A DNA stretch of 64,000 nucleotides from Epithemia pelagica (taxonomy: Eukaryota; Protista; Bacillariophyta), in NCBI GenBank assembly GCA_946965045.2, contig OX337242.1, forward strand, positions 558,001-622,000. Reading direction: 5' to 3'. How positions within the stretch are numbered: position 1 is the stretch's first letter; every line of letters starts with the position of its first letter. Of the stretch, positions 1 through 11,257 are shown piece after piece. A program made the position numbers and the translations under genes. The notes under the pieces were generated by a model. That model saw nothing but the letters and a program-made list of their open reading frames with translations, was not told the DNA's origin and ran no database searches.

Positions 1-211
1 ATGTTCACTCGTCGTTAATCGTTTCCAACATTATCCCCTACTCCTATCTATCGTTCGTTGCACATTGCACATAGACTATACGTTCCGATGGAAAGATACC
101 TTTTTGTACTCTATGTTGTTACAGTTGTACTGAAGTGATGATACTAGCCGGCTAGATTTTGAGAAGGTTGAGTTCGCAGATGTTGCATCCACCCCCTACA
201 ATTGTAGAACA

Positions 212-1182
212 ATGACAATGATGGGCGTAAGAAGCGTTCAACCAAAGGCTTCTTCAGTGGCTGCATTTTGTGCTAATCGCATGCCGTTGCATCATGGCTT
301 GTCTTTTCGGAGCATGAATAACCGCTGTGGTCGTCCGTCAGGCGAAAAGTTCAGCCACCACCACTTGTCTCACCCCTGTCGTCATTTCGACCTTCGACAA
401 AACAATGCAGTGGTCCAAGCCACAGTCGATACCAGGCTCTATTCTGGGTCGGACATGGTGAATGAAGTCATTCCAGGTACGCGTCGTGCGTTGAACGAAT
501 TCTTGTATTGGGTTTGCGTATAGTGGCTAACGAAGTAGGTCATCTTTTGTATCCTTTGGTTCTTGACACCGTGTCATCCACATTAACAGCGGCATCTTCT
601 TGGCAGCCTGATACTACGACGTCATTCGAACCAATCTTGAATGTTCCCGCCTTGTCCATATTTTTGTTCATTGTCATGATTTTTGGTTACCTGCAATATC
701 GTATCATGGCTATTGAAAAGGCCACGGACCGTCGCAAAGTGGCCCTCCAGGATCTGCGGAGACAAAGATCTCAGCAACTAGCTTCGGGTGTCGGTGCCGT
801 GGATGAAGGACACGAAGCTAGAATGGTACAAGATGCGATTCAGGAATATCGCGATGCAGTCCAACAAGTCGAGGGTCTCCGCACCATTCCATTTACGTCA
901 GGAAGAGTGCGGATTGCACCACCACGCAACTTGGATCGTCAGCGACAACTAGAAGAGCATACAATGGCCACGCAGCAATATTTGGGTATAAATGACACAG
1001 ACATTATCAAGGACGATGTAGAGCAAAAGCCGCCCAAAATGGCCGCCACGGGCGAGACAGTGACACTTGAACCTTGGATGACGGCAGTCCTGTTAGTCAC
1101 AGCACTGGCTCAGGTCTCATTGTTGTGGCTTTTCTCAGTGGACGTTAACACACTGGAACGGATCGGAGCCTTATCCTATTAA
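212..1182 (+). CDS. Hypothetical membrane protein, probably plastid-targeted; 2 exons (212-476, 539-1182)
   Basis: ORFs 212-523 and 508-1182 join in frame through a GT..AG intron 477-538 with a CTAAC branch site (…VIPG|HLLYP…). It has one central TM helix (ALSIFLFIVMIFGYL), a coiled coil and a C-terminal TM. The N-terminal SSVAAF resembles the diatom ASAF motif. Confidence 0.65.
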
Positions 1183-1684
1183 ACAAAGATAAGCAAAATA
1201 GTAGCAGGAACAATTTCACTCATTACATGAAGCTGCTGTTTCCCACAAAATGGGTGTAAATAGATATGCGTCATTCTATACAGTGATGATCAGCCGATTG
1301 AGTTTTCGAGTGACATAGCACTTTCGCCGAAGCTACCCTATCTTGAAACATCCGCGAAATCATAATGACTAGAAGACAAGCTTCTCTCGTACGAGTATAT
1401 CTTGCGATTTACGATTAGCTTCAGAGCAATGCGAACATTGGGGGGGGGGGGGATGCATGGACTCTTTGTTGATGTATCCGTTTGTTTGATTGATTGATTT
1501 GGATTGACTGGTTACTGGTTACTGTTTGCGGCGTCGACTGCGAAGGATTTGTCACTGTTGAATGAAGAATGTGGGTACGGAAATCCATCACACCCAACAC
1601 GATATCAACATCATATAGCACAGATGACCCCACATAATTGTAAATCATTAATTATTACATTGAATCTACGAGCTCGTATTGTTT

Positions 1685-2307
1685 TAGAGGTGGCTCCAGC
1701 AACAGCTCATCTCTGCTGGAGCTAGGTAAGCGCTGGAGACGTCTCTGCTGGAGCTAGGTGAGCGCCTCCAGCTGGAGAAAAGACTACCTATGCTAACAGG
1801 ATGAAAATGCTTAGCTAGAAGCTACTCCTAGTGAATCTATCTTATGGTGAGAACACATGTTCCCAATTCTCACGTAAAAAATGTAAATCTGTAACGGTGG
1901 AAGGGTCCAGTGATGCTTGTTTCGCAGATATGATCAGTCTTGCAATACTGAATGCCCGTTCAGAAGAGGCAGCAGTCGCAGGCAACGCAAGATATTTTCT
2001 TGCTAGGCGCCAAATGTTTCTGCGTGGCCTTCGAAGTGCCATCCATATCAAGCTCTTCCACCTTTGATGAGTCATCATCATCATTGTAATCAGACATTGT
2101 GGAAGGCAGTGTGGAGCAAATGAATGACACAGGGTCAGCAATGACCAGTGCGGAGCAAATGAATGACATGCAACAGGCAACAGTCACAGAGAAAGGCGAC
2201 CAATGTAGCGCTCTTTTCTCGCAACAGAAAACCTCTGCTGGAGTTTCTCCAGCGCTGGAGCTCCAGCGCTGGAGCTGCGCGTCCGCTCACCGCTGGAGCC
2301 ACCTCTA
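1685..2307 (-). mobile_element. Non-autonomous hAT DNA transposon derivative (623 bp)
   Basis: Perfect 16-bp TIRs TAGAGGTGGCTCCAGC (1685-1700 / 2292-2307). GTATTGTT occurs at 1676-1683 and 2308-2315 as an 8-bp TSD, with one extra T on the left. Many subterminal GCTGGAG/CTCCAGC motifs. The internal minus ORF encodes LARKYLALPATAASSERAFS…L…V..L.FL..NW, the hAT C-terminal dimerisation motif. Confidence 0.9.
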
Positions 2308-2852
2308 GTATTGTTGGATTTCGGATTTGGGCAGCTGTCAGCTGTCGCTGGTCGCTGATAAGAGGCAAATCCGAACCATCGGAACATCATCGAAGATGCA
2401 TAAACAAAATAAAAACATCAAAGACGAACAATTCACGGGAAGGATTGCCGACTGCCGACACAAGACACACCTTTCTCATACCCCTCAGCGGGGGAGAGAA
2501 TTTTGCAGTCTGTCCGTCAATCATTATCGTGATTCTGAGAATACAGATCCTTTTTTTTTGTGCGACCAGATTCTCGCCCCTGCTTGGGGGTAACCTTTCT
2601 CATGACCGCCAAGAGTCAAGAGGCCTTTAACTATTTTCTTCCGTAAAAACAGAACAAATACAACCTTATTCCGGTGACAAAAGCATCACAGAAACAGAGT
2701 ATCGAGAAGCTTGGGTTTTCTGTCGATCCATAAATTGTAGTTCCAGCGGACAAGAACTGGACTTGCTAGTTGCTATTGGTCGCAGTGCAGTATTGAGACC
2801 TCAAGCACTTGGCAAGATCACTTTGACAAGATTGGTAGTCCATCGTTCTCAA

Positions 2853-4463
2853 ATGGGCAACACAGCATTATCTCAACCTCTTTCAGCAATCGAGCCATCC
2901 ACTATGGATCCTTTTCGCCCCAGAAGGCATTGTCCCTTGTCACCGGCGGCTTTCAAGGAACGGTATCAGAATCATGCGTCATCTTCTTGGGGAAAAAAGA
3001 GAAACCAGCGACCTGACATTGCGGCTGTAGAAAATGCCAGCTTGTTGGTGTATGGTGCATACTTGGAGCCCAAGGAGATTCGTCATTGGAGCCGTAACAA
3101 GATTCAGGGAGTCATTAACCGTGTGAGTCTTCTCTCCTGCTGCCGAGGCGTGGATGTGAGTGAACGGACCATGGTACGAGAGTTGATCCGACTCTTGCAA
3201 ACGCATGCACCCGAGTTGCAGTGGCTGTTGTTGACTGGACCACTGCTACTTCACACTAATGAACATGCGTGCAACTTGCTTCGGTCCATTCCGACAAGAC
3301 ATTTGGAGAGACTCTGTCTTGGATTGGGACATGCTGCATCTCTCGAACTCGGCGTTACACTGGCCCAGATGTTTGCCACATGTCGGAACCTGAAACACGT
3401 CAACTTGAACTGTATCTCATGGAGAAACATGCACGCTCTTCAAGCACTGGCGCAAGGGATCCCAGTTTCATGCTGTTCCTTGCAATTGGATCTTACATCA
3501 TGCCGGATCATTGACCAAGGTTTTCATTTGTTTGTTCGTACACTATTGACGATGAGCAAGAGACAACATGATCAAGGTGCCATACACGATGAAAGTTCTA
3601 AAGGTGAAAGCTCACGACCACGCATGGAAGCTTTGATCCTCCGAAGGAATCACCCAACAAGTGAATCCCTGAGTTCCCTTGCCCAGTTGATCTCTCAAGT
3701 GCACGTTTCTCATTTAAACCTGAACTCTATGCCCTCTTTGTTTCACCAAGTGGACCCGGAGGGACACGAGGGTTTCAAAGAATTTGTTCAATCGATTCAA
3801 AACAGCACCACCCTCAAGGAACTTCATCTGGCCTCTTGTGGTATAGATCGCTCTTGCATGGCGAGTCTACTCCAAGGGTTGGTCTCTTCATCACGACTCG
3901 AATGCTTGAATCTGAATGGTAATCTGGATTCTCGCAAGGACCAACTGGAACTGCTCTCCAGCTATCTTCCCCATCTACCACACTTGTCAAGTCTCCGCGT
4001 GTGCTTAACCGAAGATCATAATGACCACCCAACCGGTGAGAGTCGACAGGAAACTTCCCAAAGAATTCAAGGGTTCTTGGAGGCCCTAAACCAGAATTGG
4101 CGCTTGACCCATCTAGTTTTGGGAAAGCAAGATGAGCAAGGTGCCTTTTCGTTTCATTCAAATGATTCATATGCATCGAACGACACGTTGTCTTCTATGG
4201 ACCGCATGCATCATCTTGTTGCGGGAAGGATCCGTAAAAAGTCCAAACAGGACAAGCTATCGGTCCGTGTCCAATCTGTGGTTCAAAGAAATTGGTTGGC
4301 CCAGCGGCTGGCCAGTCGTGAGGAAGAGCCTCCACTGGCTGTGTGGCCTCAGTTTTTAGCCAAGATGCGCTCTAGATCGGCACAACAATCGTCCATTGTG
4401 TACCAGGTACTGGAGAGGCATTTGATTTCAATAGCTACACTACCAACAAAAACTAATGCGTAA
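2853..4463 (+). CDS. RNI-like leucine-rich repeat protein (diatom NLRC3/NOD3-like LRR family), paralog 1
   Basis: Repeated LxxLxL motifs (LQWLLLTG, LERLCLG, LKHVNLN, LKELHLASC, LECLNLNGN). Likely start is the ATG at 2853 (MGNTALS). Strong similarity to the 5955-7532 protein. Confidence 0.85.
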   Translation: MGNTALSQPLSAIEPSTMDPFRPRRHCPLSPAAFKERYQNHASSSWGKKRNQRPDIAAVENASLLVYGAYLEPKEIRHWSRNKIQGVINRVSLLSCCRGVDVSERTMVRELIRLLQTHAPELQWLLLTGPLLLHTNEHACNLLRSIPTRHLERLCLGLGHAASLELGVTLAQMFATCRNLKHVNLNCISWRNMHALQALAQGIPVSCCSLQLDLTSCRIIDQGFHLFVRTLLTMSKRQHDQGAIHDESSKGESSRPRMEALILRRNHPTSESLSSLAQLISQVHVSHLNLNSMPSLFHQVDPEGHEGFKEFVQSIQNSTTLKELHLASCGIDRSCMASLLQGLVSSSRLECLNLNGNLDSRKDQLELLSSYLPHLPHLSSLRVCLTEDHNDHPTGESRQETSQRIQGFLEALNQNWRLTHLVLGKQDEQGAFSFHSNDSYASNDTLSSMDRMHHLVAGRIRKKSKQDKLSVRVQSVVQRNWLAQRLASREEEPPLAVWPQFLAKMRSRSAQQSSIVYQVLERHLISIATLPTKTNA

Positions 4464-4718
4464 AATGATCGACGTGTACATATGAAACCAAAACACTTCT
4501 GATCTTATGATTGAGCAACACCACGTTTACCTTTTGTCTTATCGAACCGAGTCTGTTCGAAAGCTACCCACTATACAATGATGTTGATTGAGTAGCTTCA
4601 GATCGTGATTGAATAGCATCACGGGACTAAAAGGCGTTTGACGTGGCATCTTTCACATGACGCCACTCACTGTTCACTGGACCTTTGCTTCTCGCACACT
4701 TTTCTCGAATTGACGACA

Positions 4719-5045
4719 ATGATGATTGCCCGTTCCCTCTTGTCCGTACTTTTGGTGGTTGTGCTCGCTGTCAGCCCAGTGGTTCGAGCATTCAGTGTTT
4801 CGCCGGTTGCTTCCTCTTCGCCAGCCGAGAAGACTCTTTTGTACACCAAAAAGTACCCACAAGGACGCCCTTGCACTATTCAAGAAGATGAAGATGCAGC
4901 CATGTGGATCGAAAGCAAGGACGGAAAACGCGAGAAAGCCTTGAAGAAACCCGTGGGAGGACGACCGATTAATAAATATACCAGGGATATGGTTGAAAAG
5001 ATTGAAAAGAAGGGTGTGCCAAAGAAGCCGTGGTGGCAGTTTTAA
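4719..5045 (+). CDS. Small plastid-targeted or secreted hypothetical protein
   Basis: Signal peptide MMIARSLLSVLLVVVLAVSPVVRA followed by F (ASAFAP-like cleavage site) and a Ser-rich transit-like segment. Ends in KKPWWQF. Confidence 0.7.
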   Translation: MMIARSLLSVLLVVVLAVSPVVRAFSVSPVASSSPAEKTLLYTKKYPQGRPCTIQEDEDAAMWIESKDGKREKALKKPVGGRPINKYTRDMVEKIEKKGVPKKPWWQF

Positions 5046-5954
5046 GCCGAACGACTTTCTGCTCACTGCATCCAATCCTACACATAGGTGCAGAAATGGA
5101 GGGCCTTGTGACGGTTTTGACAGACAATGATTGAGAGGAGGCAGTGAGTTTTTGTTCGACTATGTCGCTTCGGAGGCAGCTTTCGTATGGGTGATGGGTG
5201 TCGTCGCAGAGTTCGGCGTGACATTATAGTTTAGATGTATACCTTTTAGAAGCCTCGTTTGGGATTCAAGTCGTCTTCAGCGTCATTACGTTTCGGAAGA
5301 GAAGGCTCTGGCATGAGGATTCTCCTGAATTTCAACATTTTAAGTATCGATTTAGGAGTCACCCGACTCTACTTCTGGTTAACCAAAGGTTTAAACTAGC
5401 GAAAACCACCGCTCCTCAATGAAATCCTACCAGCATTGTTGTCATTTTCCATGGTTGTTACCATTTCTTTGTTCGAGTTCGACAGCATCACGAGGGCGAA
5501 GGACTTGAGACGAACTCTCTCCTCCCTCAAGCGGAGGGCAGTTCTCTTGATTCCATTCTTCTCTCTCGTCGAAAAGGACAATACATGTGCTTGTTTTTGG
5601 GCAGTGTCATTGTCATCTGCGGCCTTCCAACTCCAATTTCCATGATTGTAGAGCGACTAATGTGCTAACTATCAACGACTGAACATCACACACGCACACA
5701 TTGAGCGACCACGTTCGGTTGACGTGGTCAAAAAGTGCAAAGTGACTTCTTACGATTTGTGAACTGTAACACGAAGGCCAAAGAGAACATGAAGACGATG
5801 TCTTTTACTTTGTGACAAAAACTATCAAGACAGACGACACACGTTCACCGATATCTTGACATGAATGTCTGCGTGCGAAATGTGAAGACACTCGACATGA
5901 GTCAAAAACCATTCTCGAGGTGTTTGAAACTCTGGTTTTCGCTTGTTTGACATC

Positions 5955-7532
5955 ATGGGAACCGTCAGCTCATCCTCACGTGCCTCTCGTCCTTCCCTTT
6001 CAGATTCCTCAGTCAGTCCAAGTGTTGGACGAAGGGATTCGCGTGGATTGCCTCTTGCTTGGACCAGTCTCCATCGACGACGCATCTTTTGTGAGAACAA
6101 GAAGAACAAGAAAAAGATTCAACGAGTAGCAGTTGTCGACGAATCAAGCTTGCTGGTATATGGTGCCTGTTTAGAGCCAAGCGAAATTCGACGATGGAGC
6201 GCAGAAGAGATTCATGGATTGATCAAGCGAGTGAGTTTGTTGTCCTGCTCCAGGGGCATCGACTCGACGGAACCTGAAGTAGTGGACCAGCTGATTCGGT
6301 TGTTAAATGCTCATGCCCCAAAGTTGGAGTGGCTTCAGCTTACTGGTCCGTGGCTTTTACACAGAAATAGACAAGCCTGTAAATTGCTTCGGTCAATTCA
6401 GACAGACAATCTTGAAAGACTGTGCCTGGGTCTCGGAGAACTAGCAAGTCCAGAACTTGGGGCGACAATCGCCCATCTATTATCGACTTGTCGAAAAATG
6501 AAGCACGTCAATCTTAATTCTGTCTCCTGGCATAATCCGAATTCCCTGAAGGCCTTGGCTCAAGGGATCCATCGCTCTTGTAATTTGGTCTACCTGGATT
6601 TGACTTGTTGTCGTATCAGCGATGCTAGCTTTCTTTCATTCGTTGAAGCAATCCAATCAGAGAACAGAACGAAAGGAAGTGCAAGGAGGAATTGTAGACA
6701 CTTGGAAACACTTATTCTTCAAGGCAACAAGCTTACGAATCAATCCCTCAAGCCCCTAGCGAATCTCATTTCTTCGCTCGGAATTGTTCGTTTGAACCTG
6801 AATTGTATTCCCTTGTTGTTTGACGGAGTAGATATACAGACCGATGGAGGGTTCCAAGACTTCCTTGGAGCAATTCACCAAAGTACAACTCTGAAGAATC
6901 TGCACATTGCGTTCTGTGGAATGGATTATGAATGTTTACGTTCCTTCTTTCAGGGAATAGCATTTTCACAACTCGACTTCCTCGATGTTAACGACAACCT
7001 GGGCTCTCATCAGACCCAAATGGAGCTCCTCATAGAGTTTCTTCCTCGCTTGCCTTGTTTGTCCAGTATGCACGTTTCCGTACGTAAAGACGGCATCACG
7101 GATGAGCCACTGGAAAGGTTGAATACTGAGGGAGAACGTGATTCAAAGGCGGAAGCGACAATAGCAAAGTTTCTGAAGGCCCTCTCTCAAAACTGGCACA
7201 TCACAACACTCTATTTGGGGCAAGCGACTGGTGCTGAGTCTATCACTTGGAACCGATTTAACGATGCAGCCGGATCGTCGCAACTCTTGGGTCGAAGCGT
7301 ATCGGACAGTGCCACTAGCCGATCCGCGATACGACTTGCGGCTGGAGTCCAGTCCGTGCTGCAGCGAAACTGGTTAGCCCAAAGGTTATCGAAATGCGCA
7401 ACTAACGATACAGCGCCTGCTCTTGCAGTATGGCCTCACTTTTTGGGCTCGAAACGTAGTGAAGCGCAACAAAATCCGTCTCTTGTCTATCAAGTGTTGG
7501 AGAGGCATTTGGTGTCAATGGTCGTAGCGTGA
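5955..7532 (+). CDS. RNI-like leucine-rich repeat protein, paralog 2
   Basis: Collinear with paralog 1: SLLVYGAxLEPxEIRxWS, LERLCLGLG, VQSVxQRNWLAQRL, LAVWPxFL, VYQVLERHL. Likely start is the ATG at 5955 (MGTVSSS). Confidence 0.85.
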   Translation: MGTVSSSSRASRPSLSDSSVSPSVGRRDSRGLPLAWTSLHRRRIFCENKKNKKKIQRVAVVDESSLLVYGACLEPSEIRRWSAEEIHGLIKRVSLLSCSRGIDSTEPEVVDQLIRLLNAHAPKLEWLQLTGPWLLHRNRQACKLLRSIQTDNLERLCLGLGELASPELGATIAHLLSTCRKMKHVNLNSVSWHNPNSLKALAQGIHRSCNLVYLDLTCCRISDASFLSFVEAIQSENRTKGSARRNCRHLETLILQGNKLTNQSLKPLANLISSLGIVRLNLNCIPLLFDGVDIQTDGGFQDFLGAIHQSTTLKNLHIAFCGMDYECLRSFFQGIAFSQLDFLDVNDNLGSHQTQMELLIEFLPRLPCLSSMHVSVRKDGITDEPLERLNTEGERDSKAEATIAKFLKALSQNWHITTLYLGQATGAESITWNRFNDAAGSSQLLGRSVSDSATSRSAIRLAAGVQSVLQRNWLAQRLSKCATNDTAPALAVWPHFLGSKRSEAQQNPSLVYQVLERHLVSMVVA

Positions 7533-8281
7533 AAGACTAAACACATCGTTCGTTCTCGGCTTGTTTCTCATCTGCGATTATAGTCATGATTCATGATGAA
7601 CTTTGGCTTCGGGTGATGCATAGAAATAATACTCCTAGAACTTAGTGTGATGGCTCACCGAAAAATCTGAGATGCTTCATGCAAATCGGGGTACAATGTA
7701 CAATGTATAATAATAAAGAACATGTATTTGGTAGACGATTTATGCCTCATTTGGTCCCAAACAAGAATCCTCATCCCAGTCAAAAAAGATGCTGGGTGCA
7801 GTTTAGGAATTCCTAGCGCTCTTCATCCTCTTGAAAATGAACAGACCCCATGCAAAGTTGGGTGATATGGGAGTGGGTTGAGTGGCGACTTTCGCCCTGG
7901 CCGGATGTTGTTTTGTGCCTGGTCGCTCTTGAGTCTTGCAGTGGGTTCTGGGTGTGGCGCGCTCTCTACATCGCATGAAAATCCAATGTGTACACAAGCC
8001 TTCGATCCCAATCCCTACCAATCCATGCGTACATTGTATTGTTTTTGTTCCAAACACGATTATTTTGTTTCCTCTTCTCCAACCTCATACCTCATCCTGT
8101 TCCTATTTCCAATTTCCAATATCTCCTTGTACCTTGTTCGCATCGAGCTTGTGAATAGAGAAGGTTCCAAAGTGACAAATTGTCTTGAAAGATGGGTCAA
8201 CCTAACGAACAACTTTTGGAGCCTGTTCAACCACAAGATCCAGGTCGAGACCATCAAGTCTCCCAGCATCGCCGTATCGTT

Positions 8282-9483
8282 ATGCCAGCCTTTCTGAAAT
8301 CTCGTTCTTCACGCAAAGTCACGGCCGAAGATACAGGAGACGAAGAATCATTGTCATCTCCTCGTCCAGGCTCATCCACCATGCCCAACAAAAAGTTCTT
8401 GTCGCCCTTGATTTTCTCGCGCTCACCGAAACCCTCCAAATCAAGACGTAAACTGATGATCAGTGCATCCAGCATTGCTGCTGCTGCAGTCAGTTACCCA
8501 GAACGGAAAGAGGAGTGTTCACCAAGTTTATGCAGCAGCGAAACATCGTTATGCAGTGATGGATGGTCCCCAGTTAGAGAGCAAAACAAGAAGAGTCACC
8601 GAGATCGACGCACTCTGTTGATAAAGCAGTCCATGGTTCGGAACTTGGCTTTGACCTTGTCCATGTCCGCTTCCTCTCATGCAGAATCCACAACAGAAGA
8701 CATTCATGATTGCTCCATAGATCAAAAGCGCGTTCGATTCACTGAAACGTCTTCTCGAACTGCGATTGACGATCTACTGGAAGAAGCACCTCCTCCCATG
8801 AACTAAAGAGTTCATTTTGGTCGCGACACGAAATTTGCAAAATGAGAAGACGAGCGAAACAAAGCGCTCAGGAATACACTCGAAGAAAGGACAGAAATGT
8901 GGTCACGTGTCTCGACTTACTTTATGAAACATGTGCCACAACATCGACTTTCAAACAAGATCGATTGTCCGCCTCATCCACAATCGAATCTGGGTTTGAT
9001 TATTTGTACTCACGAGATGGGATTGTGGAACTCGAATCTGATCAGTGCACCAATGCCGGGAGCATGGACGATACTTGTGTCGGTAAGGATGATAGTGAGG
9101 AAAGCCCAAGGGATCCAGCAAGCACACTGCGAGGACTAGAAGGGATGATATCACCTGATGCAGCGACGGATCGAAAAATGGACTGTATCCACGCGGTTCT
9201 CAGAAGGCAAAGCAAGCTCCAAGAAAAGGAAAGCTTCATGGAGAAGCAACTCGCATCACAAGATCCCATGCCTCGAAAGGACAAGTCAGATTACAATTAT
9301 AAGCTTCGACTTTCGATTGATGCCATGTTGGCCAAGGAGTCCGCCAAGGCTAGCGCATCTTCTCGGAGATTTGCTCGTCTTCTCGGAAAGGTAGACGAGT
9401 CCATGGTCGCGAAAGACAATCGAGCGGACAGCACATCTATCGCAACAAGTCTTGCCACAACACAAGTATCCTCTGACGAATAA
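8282..9483 (+). CDS. Diatom-type hypothetical protein with an apparent 1-nt frameshift near 8797
   Basis: The first ORF ends …EEAPPPMN*. The adjacent frame reads HELKSSFWSRHEICKMRRRAK straight into the 8842-9483 ORF. One extra C in the CCTCCTCCC run would fuse them. It shows the RVRF…W…LRGLE…AVLRRQ…SASSRRFARLLGKVDE motif pattern I recall from unannotated diatom proteins. Confidence 0.65.
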
Positions 9484-9619
9484 GAAGTCTCGACTCTAAA
9501 CTAAGTAAAACCCCTTTTAATGAGATTATAAAACAACTGGGGCGCCTCTATGAACATATAACGCAAAGTATGGAACAAGCGAACCAGTGCTTCTCATCTG
9601 TACACCTTCGCTGTTCCCG

Positions 9620-11257
9620 TTATTGCTCGTGTGCTTGGAAGGATTCTGTTTGTTCGTCAACGACGGTAGAAATCTCTCCCTGAACCGACGATGCAAGTTG
9701 TTCCACATCATCTTCCGATTGCTTGTCTGAAGCCATCGGCGCGATTTGTTCGGTCGGGGATGCCTGGACGCACGAAGCATGTCGTTCCGCGTTATCCATA
9801 TCATTGCGCGATTGCTTGTCTTGGGCCGTCGTTGCGATTTGTTCAGGTAATGATTCAGAAGTCTCTTTGTTGACTGCCGAGAACGAGTCTTCTCCTTGTT
9901 TTGAAGGCCTTGTTGAATTTCGCTCATGGTCGTTCTCTGTCGTGTCTTCAGTTTCTGTTGTCGTCTCGTTTGTCGTCGTCGAACTACTCTTGGCAAAGCT
10001 CTTCCGGATTCGTTGCGTGGCAGAGTTCATGACACGTCGTGGACCTTCAAATTCAGTGCTCAAGACACCCACACCTCCAATCGCCATGGCATGACCAATG
10101 GGATGCAATGGCGTCGCCATAATGACCGCACCCACCGACACCATGGATCCACCGGCTACCGCCACGGCTGCTTTTCGAACAGTCCACTTGGTGCTCCGTC
10201 GATGAGCCAAAAGGGTAACCACGAGTGGAGGTTCCGGTTCCTCATCATCGCCATGATTGTTGGGTCTACTGCTTCCAGAAGGTGTGCCTAATTTGGAGCA
10301 CAAGAGAATTTCGAGATCCTCTGGAGCACAGTCCATGCAATCCATCCCATTGACGGAAAGTACTTCGTCACCTATTTCCAATGCAGATTGTCCAAGGCAC
10401 CCAAATGAACCTCGTTTGGCAATCCTGACATATCGACTCTTTTCAGATGATTGTTCAAAGGATAGTCCTGTTTCGGTCATGTCTTGTGATATGTTGTTCC
10501 CGTCGTCCGCGGTGGCATCTTCGAGAGTGTCGTTGCCATTTTCCTCGTCCGATTCTTTTCCAGAATCTTTTGCATCCCCTGTCCGTGATGGTGATTGTAT
10601 TATTTGTTGTTGGTAAACAAGGGCCGTAGCTTGAATGAGTGAACCATCCCCCTTTGGTCGTTTGGCAAGGACTGTCAAAAGCCCTCCTCCACCACCACTA
10701 TGATCCAGCAGGTTCTGAATATGCGAAACAGTTAAATCACGACAGGCACAAGCATTCACAGACTCCAAGACATCTCCCGGTTGCAGCAGCAAGAGGGACA
10801 ATACTTGCTCTTCTTGTTCGGGAGAGGGACCTTGTAACGAAGAAGCCGTCGCATCTTGACCAGTCGACGATGACGACGACGACGATACCGGCATGACTGA
10901 CCACAGGCTGCTCTCGTTCTCCACTCCTCTTACAACCACATCTTTGGATTTCTCATCTTGAATCAAATCCAATTTCCAAGCAAACCGGGGACGACTCATT
11001 CCGGTATGGCCTGTAATCGGAGACGTGGATTGACGAACTGCGATGCTCACAATGCCTGGAATTCGTTCCGTTTCCGAATATGGATCGTCCTCCACCGCTG
11101 GACTCGACTCCTCCTGCAAGCGTTCGACGGCAACGCCATTGTTGCCCTCCGATTGCCTGTCCTTGTTGTTGTTATTGTCATCTCCTGTAGTAACAGTTGA
11201 AGTGGTGGTCCTTCGTTGTTCCTTCCATTGTCGGAATGATGACCAAGTCGTTGACAT
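9620..11257 (-). CDS. Protein with two PDZ-like domains and a hydrophobic hairpin, paralog 1
   Basis: PDZ-like LQPGDVLESVN and LEIGDEVLSVNG motifs. Conserved AAVAVAGGSMVSVGAVIMATPLHPIGHAMAIGGVGVLSTEFEGPRR block shared with 12042-13313. Confidence 0.8.
   Translation of the reverse strand: MSTTWSSFRQWKEQRRTTTSTVTTGDDNNNNKDRQSEGNNGVAVERLQEESSPAVEDDPYSETERIPGIVSIAVRQSTSPITGHTGMSRPRFAWKLDLIQDEKSKDVVVRGVENESSLWSVMPVSSSSSSSTGQDATASSLQGPSPEQEEQVLSLLLLQPGDVLESVNACACRDLTVSHIQNLLDHSGGGGGLLTVLAKRPKGDGSLIQATALVYQQQIIQSPSRTGDAKDSGKESDEENGNDTLEDATADDGNNISQDMTETGLSFEQSSEKSRYVRIAKRGSFGCLGQSALEIGDEVLSVNGMDCMDCAPEDLEILLCSKLGTPSGSSRPNNHGDDEEPEPPLVVTLLAHRRSTKWTVRKAAVAVAGGSMVSVGAVIMATPLHPIGHAMAIGGVGVLSTEFEGPRRVMNSATQRIRKSFAKSSSTTTNETTTETEDTTENDHERNSTRPSKQGEDSFSAVNKETSESLPEQIATTAQDKQSRNDMDNAERHASCVQASPTEQIAPMASDKQSEDDVEQLASSVQGEISTVVDEQTESFQAHEQ

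Noticed and set aside
1439-1452. Poly-G run (and the poly-C run at 34972-34990) as G-quadruplex elements
   Set aside because: These are simple homopolymers with no patterned loops or functional context, and their length is unreliable in assemblies.
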